A stretch of DNA of 64,000 bases from Octopus vulgaris (taxonomy: Eukaryota), in the NCBI GenBank assembly GCA_951406725.2, contig OX597822.1, positions 53,506,001 to 53,570,000 of the forward strand. Direction: 5' to 3'. Position 1 is the stretch's first letter. The number at the start of each line of letters is the position of its first letter. The position numbers were made by a program, and so were the translations under genes. The notes under the pieces are model-generated. The model saw only the letters and a list, made by a program, of their open reading frames with translations, did not search any database and was not told the origin of the DNA. Positions 27,597-39,753 of the stretch are shown here, piece after piece.

Positions 27597-29687
27597 AATT
27601 TTGGGATGGAGTAACCCATATCTAGTTTGCAACTTCCTTGTCTGTCTGTCTGAGCTGTTTAGTTCGTCAACTGTCCATGCGCTTACCCCTGCTCCATGTC
27701 TAAGGAGTGAAACTGTCCAGGTGTTGATAGCTTCGATCTTATTCCGTTCGTTTAATTTCGTCTTAAGAATCAGTCTCAGTCTGTTATTTCTTTCTCCATC
27801 AATTTATCCATTTCCAAAATCCCCAAGTACTAATGACCCGTCTCTTCTATCTGCTTCATAACCTCCCCCCGACGGTATCGTTAGTCCGTCCATACATTTG
27901 ATTTTGCCGCTCTTCAATACTAACACACCTCACTTTCTTACTCCGAACCCCATTCTGATATCAGCACTGAAGGCATACACCGTATCAACAAGGGAACTGA
28001 CTTGGGCTTCATCTTTACCCATAAAGTTTGAGGCCATCCATGAATAACAAATGGTTGACTTTTTGCTGGCGGCTTTTGAATACATACCCAGCTTTTGCTT
28101 TCCCCAGAATCACTGTTAGTGGTATCAAGAACAGTACAAAGATCAGTGAGGACAGGCAGTCCCCTTGAAAGATACCCTTCCAAATTTCTACTGTCCCTAA
28201 ACTTCTCCTGTATGCTGTCAGGTCCATCCATCCAATTCGCCATGTTTTTTCCAAGCAATCGCTCAACATTCGATGCGATGCCAAATAGGTTCATACACTC
28301 TATAATCCAAGAATGTGGGATCATATCGTACGCCTTACGATAGTCGATCCATAACATGGCAAGGTTACTTTTCCTCCTCTTGCAGTCTCTAAGTACAGTT
28401 TTGTCTATCAGGAATTGATCCTTGGTACCTCTGCACATACGCTTGCAAACCTTCTGCTCATGTGTCAGGACTCCATATTTTTCCAGATGTTCGTACATTG
28501 ACTCTGCGAGTATTCCAGTCAATAACCTCCACATAAGTAGCAAACAGGATATCGGCCTGTAAATGTTTACCCTATTGTCTTTTTCGAAGTTTTTCAGGCA
28601 CAGCACCGTGCTACCCAGTGTCAACCACTCTGCTGTTACTTGGTCGGCATTTAACAAGGTGTTGAGATGCGCAGCTATTCGTGCATGACATTCACCAAAT
28701 ATTTTGATCCAGTAGCCTTGCACTCCATCTGCTCCCGGAGCCTTCCAGTTGCTCTTTTTTTGTTGATTTCCTCCACTTCCTTAACTGAAATGACTAGTTC
28801 TGCCTGTTTTGGACAGACTACTGTTTGCTTCAGTTCTTGCAACCATTCAGCATCCTTCTTGTGCTCCTTGTCTTTGCTCCAGATGTCACTCCAAAACCTT
28901 TGACTTTTAATGTCATCTGGTATCAACTTTTCATCTGTACACTTTCCATTTATTTCTTTATAGAAACTCTTCTGATCTACTCTGAACCACCTATTCTGGT
29001 GAAAACCCTTCATTCTTTGGTCGTATCTTTCCATCTTTGCATTCTTTGCAACGAGGCACTGTTTCAGTTCCTCCACTACTACATTCAGGTCCTTTCTTTC
29101 AATATTATACTTCCTTTTCAGCGCCCTGTATTTTTGTTCGCTTTTAAGCTCCCCTTTCCCTATTCTGTCTAACACAGAGATTTCTGTCGAGAGCATGTCT
29201 AACCCTACCTGGATTCTTCTTTTCCACATGGATCTTTTCTTTTATCGCTCCCATTATGTTTCTTTTTCTTTACATCAACACCCACGTTTTCTGCTACAAC
29301 AATACTTGCTGCCTTGATCAAATTATTTGTTTTGTGATGTTGTTTGTTCTGATCTATTTCAGAATTTCATTGACATTTTTCGTTTCTTGGTTCAATTTCT
29401 ATCGATCAAACTTTTTAAGGTTGCAAATAATGTCGTTATCGTTCTCCTGTAATCTTACATTTATTCTGTCGTAGATTGCTTTTTGTTCATTTGTCATGTC
29501 GTCATTAGTTTTATTATCTTCTTTTAGATCATCTATAAGTCTGTCATCAAGTAAACTACCACTACTTCTTTCCTGCGAAATGGGATTACTCTTACTACTA
29601 AGAACTGTATTTTCATTGTAATCTGTTATTTTCCATGACCTGCCTTTTGATAGCTTCGAGCTCTACAGTAAACCAACAATTTTCCCT
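27597..29687 (-). mobile_element. R4/Dong-type element, N-terminal and RT region (best-preserved RT in the window), 3' part missing
   Basis: Contains YRPISCL, EQKVCKRMCRGTKDQFLID, WIDYRKAYDMIPHSWI, GIFQGDCLSSLIF, HLLFMDGLKLYG and NKIEAINTW. Confidence 0.9.
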
Positions 29688-29697
29688 TATTATTATT

Positions 29698-30839
29698 CAC
29701 ATACACTCAACAGATTAGACAGCTGGAAAAGAAAAGAATCTTAACATCGGGCTACAATACGTTGCCTTAGATGCCAAGAACCTTCCAAAGTATCTTAGCT
29801 GTCCCTAATAACACTGTTTTCTGCAGCTGTACTAAACCGGGTTTTATGTCTATTTCCTCTACCCATCCGTTCAGATCTTTAGGGATAGTTCCCAATGCAC
29901 CTATAACTACTGGGATACATTTTACTCGCACTTTCCACTGTCCCTGTAATTCAATAGCTAGGTCCTGGTATTTTGCAGCTTTTTCTATACTCCTCATATT
30001 AATTTTTTCATCATTTGGGACTGTAAAGTCAATTATCTGTCACTTTCTATTCTCTTTATTTACTGCTACCAAATCAGATCTTCTAGCTTCTATTACTCTG
30101 TCAGTATGAATGTGAAAGTCCCACAATATATTGTACTTCTTACTTTCTAATACTTACTAGGTTCATGTTCATACCATTTATCAGTATGTTCTAAACCTAG
30201 CTTTCTACAAAGCTCCCAGTGGATTGCTCTCCCTAGATTGTCATGTATTTTCTTGTATTCTTCCTGTGCCAGCATGCTACATTCACTTACTATATGAGTA
30301 ACACTTGCCTCTTTTGATTTTCATAATCTACATTGGAAATTCAATTGGTTTTTGTCTATTTGGGCTTTTATCCAATTAGTCCGTAATGCTTGATCTTGTG
30401 CAGCTACTAACAAACATTCTGTCTCCCTCTTCAGCTTTCCCTTCTGCAGCCATAACCATGTCTCACTACTACTGTTTGATGAAACTATCTTTGGGAATCT
30501 ACCATGCAACGCCTTCTCCTGCCAGTCAGATAATTTCTATTCTTTTTTCCGGTTTTTAAGTCCTTTTGATGTTTTGGTTTACCTATGTCTTGCTGTGATT
30601 CTAACAGCTTTTAATAAACTTTCTTTACTATTACCTACATACCTATATAGGAGTCTATATCTACTCTAGCTAACTTCACGTGGTCTTCTACTGATATTAA
30701 CCCTCTTCCACCTTCCTTTCTAGGTTATTGCTGGGATTTTTCTTTGTCTATTTCTTTTGCATTTAGTTTAGTCCAGTATTTGCCTGCCATGAAGGGGCTT
30801 TTCTTGCCATCGTTTTATCATAGTCCAGTTGCTGTTCTA

Positions 30840-30840
<1 letters not shown>
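29698..30840 (-). mobile_element. 5'-truncated R4/Dong-type element (zinc knuckle plus REL endonuclease)
   Basis: Contains MHGRF..WLWLQKGKLKRETECLLVAAQDQALRTNW..CRL and KYQDLAIELQGQWKVRVKCIPVVIGALG..LLGTAKIL. TTA runs lie at 29688-29697 and from 30841. Confidence 0.9.
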
Positions 30841-30891
<51 letters not shown>

Positions 30892-31560
30892 TCACTGTTA
30901 TTATTATTACTATCACTATTATTATTGTTATTTGACTCATGGAATATGGGGAGAGTGCGAGGCATGATTTATTCAAACATTATCAAATGAAATTGGAGGT
31001 GCTTGAAAAAAGAACTAAAATTACCAAAGCAGGTCTACCCTCGATACCGGGTGGTAGACAATAAAAAAAGATCGTTTCGCAAACTTATAGAATTTTATTT
31101 ATACCCACTACATTTTCTTATCCTAAACGGCTATCAAATACATTTGTGCAACAAAACTGAACTCTAAAATTGAAGAAAAAAACACAACTGAATGTACTCG
31201 AGGAATGAAGAAATGAATGATTTACTGGAAAATTATTACGCGAAAATCTCCTAAATATTCAAATAAGTAATTTTAAGCATAGCGACATTAGGGATTACAA
31301 CAACAATAACAATCTCAAATACGGAGATCTGTTCATACCTTGTGTTAAGGTGAACCTTTGAACCTTCACTTAACACAAACTAAACATGCGTAATTTTTAG
31401 AATAATCATAGTTACATGAAAATAAGTGGAAAAAATTTGGAAAACCGAATATTGCTTTACCATAGGAGATAATTTAAACACCAAAATGAAATAGTTTAGA
31501 CGCAATAAACATTGTAACTCAATAAAGTGTAACACAATAATGTGGAAACTCGTAATATTA

Positions 31561-32133
31561 TATAACATTACAAACCAGTGTAACACGACAGAACAAAACG
31601 GTAACACGAGCAAACGAGGAAAACATTGAAAGAATTCTGGGATTATGTTGCGAATAAAAAAGACAAAAGCAAAAAAAACAAAGTGCCATTCTCAGGAAGA
31701 AACCTCGAGAGACACGAATTAATTAGAAAATATTAATTTATTAGATGTGAACAATAACATAGTAAAAGAAAGAGATGGGTGTACTCAACTATATTGGTCG
31801 ATAATACTGGCACTTCACAGAATCGTTAGAGCGTCGGAGAAAATGTTTTACCATATTTAGTAGTGGTTCTTTTTGCTCTGAGTTCAACTTCATTATACCT
31901 TTGTCTATCGTTTCTTGACCTTTTGACTAAGATCAAAGTATTACACCTTTGCCTTTCATCCTTCTGGAGTAGATAAAATTGTTTGAAATGTACTAGTCAA
32001 ATAAAGGGGTCGACTTAATTATCTAACCTCTTCCCCAACATTTGACGTCTTGTATGCTAGAAATCGATATTATATCCCACCAAGATCAACTTTCCTTTCA
32101 TTCCACTGGGATCGATAAAATAAATTACCAATC
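31561..32133 (+). repeat. Copy 1 of a ~570-bp local direct duplication (copy 2 at 35398-35951)
   Basis: Shared blocks include tataacatta(c/t)aaaccagtgtaacacgaca, aaaacattgaaagaattctgg, gcgtcggagaaaatgttttaccatatttagta and gatcaacttt. Confidence 0.85.
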
Positions 32134-32239
32134 AAGTACTGAGACCAATACAGTCGACTATGTTCTTCCTCTTTCGTCAACTAAAAATATCTTATAATAT
32201 GGATCCTCGTCCACTTCTATGTTGTTCTCCGCACTGTAA

Positions 32240-32513
32240 TATTCTTGTTGCCACTAATATGCTGTGGCGGTATTCCGCGCCTTATTATCTTTGACTCGTC
32301 TATCGTTCTATCGCTGATAGCTCCGCAAGACAACGATTTTAAAACGTCTAACTTGACGGTAACTCGAACTCGAATATATTACATAATTGACACTGACTCC
32401 GACTGAGAACTCGTACAACAAGTCTACTACTACTGACCTCGACTGCCTAACTTTATAATGGCTCGTTCATACCACTTGTCACTTAGGAAGGGGTGTACCA
32501 TTTTCACTACAAC
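32240..32513 (-). mobile_element. Possible Gypsy-type LTR remnant with PBS-like motif
   Basis: Minus strand begins TGTTGTAGTG and ends ...CACAGCA, followed by TATTAGTGGCAACAAG, which resembles a TGGCGACGAG-type PBS. Confidence 0.35.
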
Positions 32514-32694
32514 AAAATAATATCAATATTTTATCACTACTTAATGCTGGAAGCTGACCGAATCGTTACCTCGGCGACAAAATGCTTATCAGCATTTCTT
32601 CCGACTTTAGATTCTGAGTTCTATATTTAAGAGTTGAGGAATTATGTACATTATTTACATTTGACGGGTATTTGTCCTCATCTTGTTTGTTCTT

Positions 32695-32740
32695 AACACA
32701 ACGTTTCGGCTGATATACCCTCCAGCCTTCATCAGGTGTC
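32695..32740 (-). ncRNA. Minimal type I hammerhead ribozyme
   Basis: GACAC-CUGAUGA-A-GGCUG-GAGGGUAUAU-CAGCC-GAAA-CG-UU^GUGUU: helix I GACAC/GUGUU, 5-bp helix II, intact CUGAUGA and GAAA core, and palindromic AACGUU as helix III. Confidence 0.8.
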
Positions 32741-32792
32741 TTGGGAAAATTTCGAACCTGAGTTCTCATTCCTGAGGTCTCATTCGATGTTG

Positions 32793-32838
<46 letters not shown>

Positions 32839-32957
32839 CATCATCATTATTATTATTCAGGTCACCTCCTGGAATCGAATTCGGAATCTTGTGGTTAGTA
32901 GCCCGCGCTCTGGAATCGAACTCAGAATCGATTCCAAGCAGTGACCTGAACAATAAT

Positions 32958-32995
<38 letters not shown>

Positions 32996-33050
32996 CGACG
33001 ACGTCGAAAATTATCTTCGGATTGAGAATCCAGGTTCGAAAATTCCTCAA

Positions 33051-33093
33051 GACACCTGATGAAGATTGGAGGGTATATCAGCCAAAACGTGTT
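33051..33093 (+). ncRNA. Degenerate hammerhead copy (probably inactive)
   Basis: GACAC-CUGAUGA-A-GAUUG..CAGCC-AAAA-CGUGUU: GAAA is changed to AAAA, helix II has a mismatch, and 3 nt are missing at the cleavage site. Confidence 0.65.
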
Positions 33094-33559
33094 AACAACA
33101 AAGAAGCTGGGGATAACAATCAATCAAATGTAAATAATGTAAATAATTTAGATTCTGAGTTTACATGCCGCCGAGGTCGACTTTATCTTTCATCCCTTCG
33201 GGACCGATAAAATATGTTCCAGTTAAACAATGGGGCCGATACAATCGACCTGCCATCTCTCTCGAAATTGTTAACCTTATACTAAAATTTGAAACCAATA
33301 TTTTATTGCCACTTGAGAAACGAGAATGCAAAGATATAATACTCCTTTATATTCGAAACAAAGAACAAGACTACTAAACCATTTAATATATTGCTTGCGC
33401 CATGTCGTAGCTTCTGGGAAAGAAAATATATTGATTTTTGTATAGAGATAAAAATATATATGCAATATGTTCGGGTTAACTTGACGAATTATATGTCTTC
33501 TTTTTCCAAGAACAGCTTAATATATTGGTGAATAGTTAACACCATTGGGGAGCATAAAA

Positions 33560-34348
33560 ATGAAAGTTTTAGTCCAGAAAAAGTTAGCTGACATGGACGA
33601 CTGGAAGTCATCTGAATATTGGTTAAGAATTGCGTTCATCATGATGGTCCGTGCTCGCTATCAAATACCAGCATCATGACTGCCCGCTCAATGCTCTGTA
33701 AACACCGTAAAGGGTGTTAGACCTGACATGAACATCATAAAACCAAGTTTCCTCAAACTATGACGGTTCTTGGGTGTGTCTCTAGTCAGGTTGAAGGATA
33801 CCACCCCACCCTTTTGAAAAGGGCTTTAGGCTAAATTCAAATGACTAAGTGAAGCTTTTGGAGATTATGGTCAAATCCTGGCTGGAGAGGGTTGCTGCTG
33901 GGAAAGCCATATGCGTGGCAGTAGGATTAGGCTCCTTGCTATACATCCGGAAAGAGTCAGATGTTGTCGGAGAATTTCTACGACTTCACCAGCCCCAATT
34001 TCTAGCTTCGTAATTCCCCTTATTATAAATCCTATAGATTACTATGAATGTGGCACGTCTGAGAAAGACACTAACTGGTCTGCCTGCAATAGCAAGGCCG
34101 ACTTGGTGGCCAAGATGAAGGTGATCATAGACCTTCCCAAGTACACAGTAAGGAAGGCATACATACACTAGGTTCCGATACCGTTCTGAAGCTGTGGTGG
34201 AAGCTGAAGGTGATCACTTTCAGTAAACAGTTATCTTCCGGTTTTAATCTAGTAGATACTTTTTTTTTTGTGATTTTTAAAACACTTTTATTGTGGTATG
34301 GGATACTGTTTTCTTTTGTATGAAAACTGTGATATTTAGCCTGAACAC

Positions 34349-34352
<4 letters not shown>
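33560..34352 (+). mobile_element. Decayed Tc1/mariner (maT/DD37D-like) transposase remnant with right TIR
   Basis: Contains KTKFPQTMTVLGCVSS and NPIDYYECGTSEKDTN, and ends ...gcctgaacaccctg. Related to the 55128-55966 transposase. Confidence 0.65.
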
Positions 34353-34410
<58 letters not shown>

Positions 34411-34415
<5 letters not shown>

Positions 34416-34796
34416 AGTCGCAATGGCCCAGTGGTTAGGGCAGTGGACTCGCGGTCATAGGATCGCAGTTTCCATTCTCAGACCGGGCGCTGTGAGTGTT
34501 TATTGAGCGAAAACAACTAACGTTCCACGTGGTTCCGGCAGTGTGTGGTGGCGAACCCTGCTGTATTCTTCTATCATAACTTTCTCTCACTCTTTCTTCC
34601 TGTTTCTGTTGTACCTGTATGTCAAAGGGCCAGCCTTGTTACACTCTGTGTCAAACTGAATCTCCCCGAGAACTACGTTAAGGGTACACGTGTCTGTGGA
34701 GTGCTCAGCCACTTGCATGTTAATTTCACGAGCAGGCTCTTCCGTTGATCGGATCACATGGAACCCTCGTCGTCGTAACCGACGGAGTTCCACGAC
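34411..34796 (+). mobile_element. tRNA-derived SINE (family C head, different 3' body)
   Basis: Head tggagtcgcaatggcccagtggttagggcagtggactcgcggtcataggatcgcagtttccattctcagaccggg matches the 2006-2558 element. Confidence 0.8.
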
Positions 34797-34813
34797 ATAT
34801 ATACACACACACA

Positions 34814-34873
<60 letters not shown>

Positions 34874-34961
34874 TAATCCAAACATGAAAACACAAAGAGA
34901 AAACACAACGCGAGGACGTGGAACAAATATAGTATTATATGATATACATTGTATATCATAT

Positions 34962-34993
<32 letters not shown>

Positions 34994-35124
34994 TATATTT
35001 ATTGTATATATTATATCATATTATACAATATATTATGTTACATTGTATATCATATTATATTATGATATATATTATATTATATTTATTTTGTTGTATTTAT
35101 TACTATATTATATTATAGTTTGGT

Positions 35125-35250
35125 TCAGTCAGTTTCTTCGTATTCAGAGTTTCACCTGTGGGTACAGAGAATCTGCAGGCAAATTATGGCATATATTGCC
35201 TGTAAAATCCTGGACACTTACAGGCGAAACTCGGAGTAACAAGTGACTGA
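35125..35250. repeat. Imperfect palindrome whose arms carry partial hammerhead features
   Basis: tcagtca..gagtttcacctgt..caggcaa is mirrored by ttgcctg..acaggcgaaactc..tgactga. Confidence 0.7.
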
Positions 35251-35397
35251 TTCGATCATTAATCTCAACTAAGGTACTGAGTACTCCTATTTATATATTC
35301 AGTATAGAGATTCAGTAAAAATGAGTATCGGTAATCAGAACAATGACAAAAGACTGATATTTAACGAGATATGCATTATTATCTTTGATGCTGTTAG

Positions 35398-35951
35398 TAT
35401 AACATTATAAACCAGTGTAACACGACAAAATAGGCTGGTGCAGCAATATGGTTAACTGAACAAAACTATGTAACACGGCAAACGAGAAAAACATTGAAAG
35501 AATTCTGGAGTTATGCTGCGAATAAAAAAGACAAAAGCAAAAAAACCAAAGTGCTATTCCTACGAAGAATCCCCGAGAGACCTGAAGTAATTAAACAAAT
35601 ATCATTTTCATTAATGAAAATATTAATTTATCAGATGGGAACAATGACCTAGTAGCAGAAATTGGTCAATAATATTCAATAATATTAGCATTTCACAGAA
35701 TCGTTTGCGCGTCGGAGAAAATGTTTTACCATATTTAGTAATAGTTCTTTTTGCTCTGATTTAATCTTCACTATACCTTTGCCTTTCCTCCTTCTGTAGT
35801 TGAATAAAAGGGAAGAACAGAGGCGATTTTTTATTTTGCAACTTCTCCAAATTTAGTCGTATATTACAAATCGATATTTTATTGGTACTAAATCCTACCG
35901 AGATCAACTTTGCTTTCATCTTACTAGTGTCGATAAAATGAATTACCAGTC
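35398..35951 (+). repeat. Copy 2 of the local direct duplication
   Basis: See 31561-32133. Confidence 0.85.
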
Positions 35952-36153
35952 GTCAAAAAAGGAGATCTTTTAGCAGGATCGTTAGAGCGTTGAACAAAAT
36001 ACTGAGGGACATTTCTTCCAGTTGTTTACGTTCTAAGTTCAAATACCGCCGAGGACGACGTTATCTTTCAACCTTTTGGGATTGATAAAATAAGTACTAG
36101 ATGAACAATGATGTGTGTATGTATATATATATTTGTATGTATGTATATGTACA

Positions 36154-36218
<65 letters not shown>

Positions 36219-37719
36219 GCGAAAGGCTGCTTTTCAAAACTGACAATTCGTAAAGTAATTGGGGAATAGAATTTTAAACAATGGAATACTATAGCTATTG
36301 GGGTAGATTTTATGGGAAACTTTTAGTTTTACTTCAGGAGTAAATAAATAAATTTGCCAATAGATACCTTTGTGTAATGACTAGAAATCGAATTTGTAAT
36401 AAATCAATATAAATGCTATATCTCACCTTCAATTTATTAGAGTATTCTACTCACGTTTTAGAGGCTTTTTCCTGTTTCTTGCAAATGTTTTGCTCTGTTG
36501 CCGAAACATTTAGTTCTGATGACGACTAATGTTCATTATTTTGCGAATCAAGTATTCTTCTGCAAGAAATCTATCTCTATGATGGCTATTACTTTCAATG
36601 ACCGTTGCTATGTCAACTAATAAAATGTCTTTCCTGTGTTCGCTATAGCCACCTACAAGAAAAAGAAATAAAACTAATTATTATTAAACGTAAGATATTG
36701 TGTTAAGTTTCAGGAAATGGAAATATCTAAGTAAGAGGTGTTAGTTTTGTCAAGTCTCTAATCACATAAAGTAGTATTTTCATGATGAATTCAGTCAACA
36801 AACAACGGAGTGGGAAATGAAAGTTTTCTTTATTTTCCACTCAAATATATTTCTTCTGTAATTGTAAAACTAAAATGTTTTTATGATACTGGATATATAA
36901 TTTTTTACACGCCAGACAAACTGTAACCATAGACAATAGAAGTTATTATCCGTAGAAAGAAAATGAAACTGAATTCAACTGAACTTTTTTCTTTACCTTA
37001 CATCTTTTCAGGGTCGATAAAACAAGTACCATTACTTTCATCGTTATGTGTTAACACTTCTCGTTATGTGTTGCACTGTACCAACGTTACAAGTCTTTAT
37101 AATGACGAATACAAAAAAAAATGAGTATATTGCTTTTGTCTTTATTTTGGGGCATTTTTATGCTTTTTCTGTTTCTTTTTCTTATTTATTTATTTATTTG
37201 TTTATTTTTTTGCTACATGGAAATTTTAACCAGAATTATTTTTTAGAAAAAATACATTTATGTTTTTTATGTTTTTACCCTTCGAATATAGAAAATTATA
37301 AATGATATTAGGTCCTTAATGTTATTTAAAATTTAAAGTCGTTAATATGAAAATAGCAATGACTCAATGGCACGAAAGTCTTCGATCAAATTTAATTATT
37401 TCAAACATAAAATATAATAGTGTCGAGTTACGCTTGTTTAGGTAGTTAATATGAAGTTGATGCTAAAAAATATTAACAGAGACAACGACACGGAAGACAC
37501 TGAAATTTAATTATCGCAATTATAAAATATGATATTCTTGAGTTCCACTTGTTTAGAAAGTCATTTAATCTAAGATCACGTGTCTTGGAACACTCATTGT
37601 AACAATTATTCATCCCCTGAGATTCAGTAGAGGGGAATATCGGTAACCAAGTGAACGGCAGATGACTTTGATACTTAACGATATATGCATTATTATTGTT
37701 CTCGTTGCTTTTGTTGTCA

Positions 37720-38660
37720 TAAGGCAGCCAACAGAGCGTCGAGCAAATGCTTAGCGGCAGTTCTTCCGGCTCTTTACGGTCTGAGTTCAAACCGCCGATG
37801 TCCATTTTGTTGTTCATCCTTTCGGGGACAATAAAATAGGTACCCCCTAAGTACTAAGGTCGATGTAATCATCTGAACCACTTCCCCTAAAATTACTTTC
37901 GGAGACGATAAAATAAGTACCAATCAAGTATTGGGATCGATGACACCGATTAGATTCCTGCCCTTCAAAATTGCTGGTCTTGTACGAAAATCAGAAATCT
38001 AAAGGACATCTGATTGTCAGAATCGTTAACCCGGAAAATCGATGCCGGCTAGCAGAAACGTTTGCACGCCGGGCGAATTGTGTAGCCGTATTTCATCTGC
38101 CGCTACGTTCTGAGTTCAAATTCCGCCGAGGTCGACTTTGCCTTTCATCCTTTCGGGTTCGATAAAATAAGTACCAGTTACGCACTGGGGTCGATATAAT
38201 CGACTTAATCCGTCTGTCTGTCCTTGTTTGTCTCCTCTGTGTTTAGCCCCTTGTAGGTAGTAAAGAAATAGGTATTTCGTCTGCCGCTACGTTCTGAGTT
38301 CAAATTCCACCGAGGTCGACTTTGGATTTCATCCTTTCGGGGTCGATAAATTAAGTACCAGTTATGCACTGGGGTTGATGTAATCGGCTTAATCAATTTG
38401 TCTGTCCTTGTTTGTCCCCTCACGTTTAACCCCTTGTGGGCAATAAAGAAATAAGAATCGTTAACGCATCGAGCCTCGCGGTATTCTGGGTTTTTTTCGT
38501 TCTGGTTTCAAATCCTGCCGAGGTTAATTTTGTCCTTTATCTCTCCAGAGTTTGATAAAATACGATAAAGTGTCAGTCAAGTACGAATAACGAATATTTG
38601 GATCGATAGTATTGACTAATCGTTCCTCCTTAAAATTACTGGTCTTATACCTAAAGTTAA
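37720..38660 (+). mobile_element. Nested cluster of family-A SINEs including a tandem ~1.7-mer variant (38041-38453)
   Basis: Two units end ..ccccttgt(a/g)gg..a(g/a)taaagaaata. The sequence agaatcgttaac is duplicated at 38019-38030 and 38454-38465. Confidence 0.8.
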
Positions 38661-38751
38661 GCAATGAAGTTAAGTAAAGACGAGCCTAGTGAATACTTAG
38701 TTGGATGACCGCTTGGGAAACAGTGGTGTTGCAAGCATCTCACACTTCTAG

Positions 38752-39200
38752 GCCCAGGCGTGACTGTGTGGTAAGAAGCTTGCTTCCCAACCACATGATT
38801 CCGGATTCAGTCCCACTGCATAGCACCTTGAGCAAGTGTCTTCTATTACAGCCTCGGGCCAACCAAAGTCTTGTCAATGGATTTGGTAGACGAAAACTGA
38901 AAGAAATCCGTTGTATATATATATATACAGGGACATAAACACACCAGCATCGATTGTCAAGTGATGACGGGGAGGTTGTATGTGGGTGCGTCTGTATTTG
39001 TTTCCCCCTCCCCGTCATCACCTGACAATCGATGCTGGTGTGTCTATGTCCCTGTAATTTAGCGTTTCGGCAAAAAAAAGCACTTGGCTTACAAAGAACA
39101 AGTCCTGGATCGGTTTCTTTGACTAACACTCCAAGGTGGTGCTCCAGCATGGCTGCAGTCAGAAAACTGAAACAAGTAAAAGAATAAAAAAAATAAAAGA
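38752..39200 (+). mobile_element. tRNA-derived SINE family B, near full length
   Basis: Reads aggcgtgactgtgtggtaagaagcttgcttcccaaccacatgattccggattcagtcccactg..caccttgagcaagtgtcttcta..ggtgctccagcatggctgcagt..aaacaagtaaaagaataaaa. Confidence 0.85.
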
Positions 39201-39454
39201 ATACTAGACAATAATAATATAGTGGAATCTAAGTGGGGGTGTGTGTATGTGTGTTGTCTGTGTGTCTGTGTGTTTAATGGCTACAATCTGTCAGCCAAGA
39301 CGTAAAATTTAATGTCTTCTCGTCAAATCTAAACGCTTTGATCTTTTATAAAGTCTTCTAAATCTTTGTGAAAATATTGTATTTAAAACTTTAAAAAATA
39401 TATATACAAAGGAAATAATGTAAAGGGCCAGTGAACAAGTAGGCTTTCGCTCTC

Positions 39455-39540
<86 letters not shown>

Positions 39541-39602
39541 TATACATACATATATATATATATACATATATATACATACATATATATATGTATATATATA
39601 TG

Positions 39603-39753
<151 letters not shown>

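Larger units (their letters stand above)
32621..33146. mobile_element. Back-to-back tRNA-head/(AAT)n/hammerhead element (putative Penelope-dependent SINE or retrozyme) inserted in a family-A SINE
   Basis: Perfect 15-bp TSD tttagattctgagtt at 32606-32620 and 33147-33161. The arms 32621-32910 (-) and 32928-33146 (+) are diverged inverted copies. The host SINE halves (32545-32620 and 33147-33295) rejoin cleanly. Confidence 0.85.

Noticed and set aside
34411-34490. Functional tRNA gene
   Set aside because: The B box is degenerate, no clean acceptor stem is visible, and it continues into a SINE body.
36504-36535. CTGATGA near GAAAC as a hammerhead (also ctgatga at about 54522 and 15510-15550)
   Set aside because: No helix II followed by GAAA in the required order.
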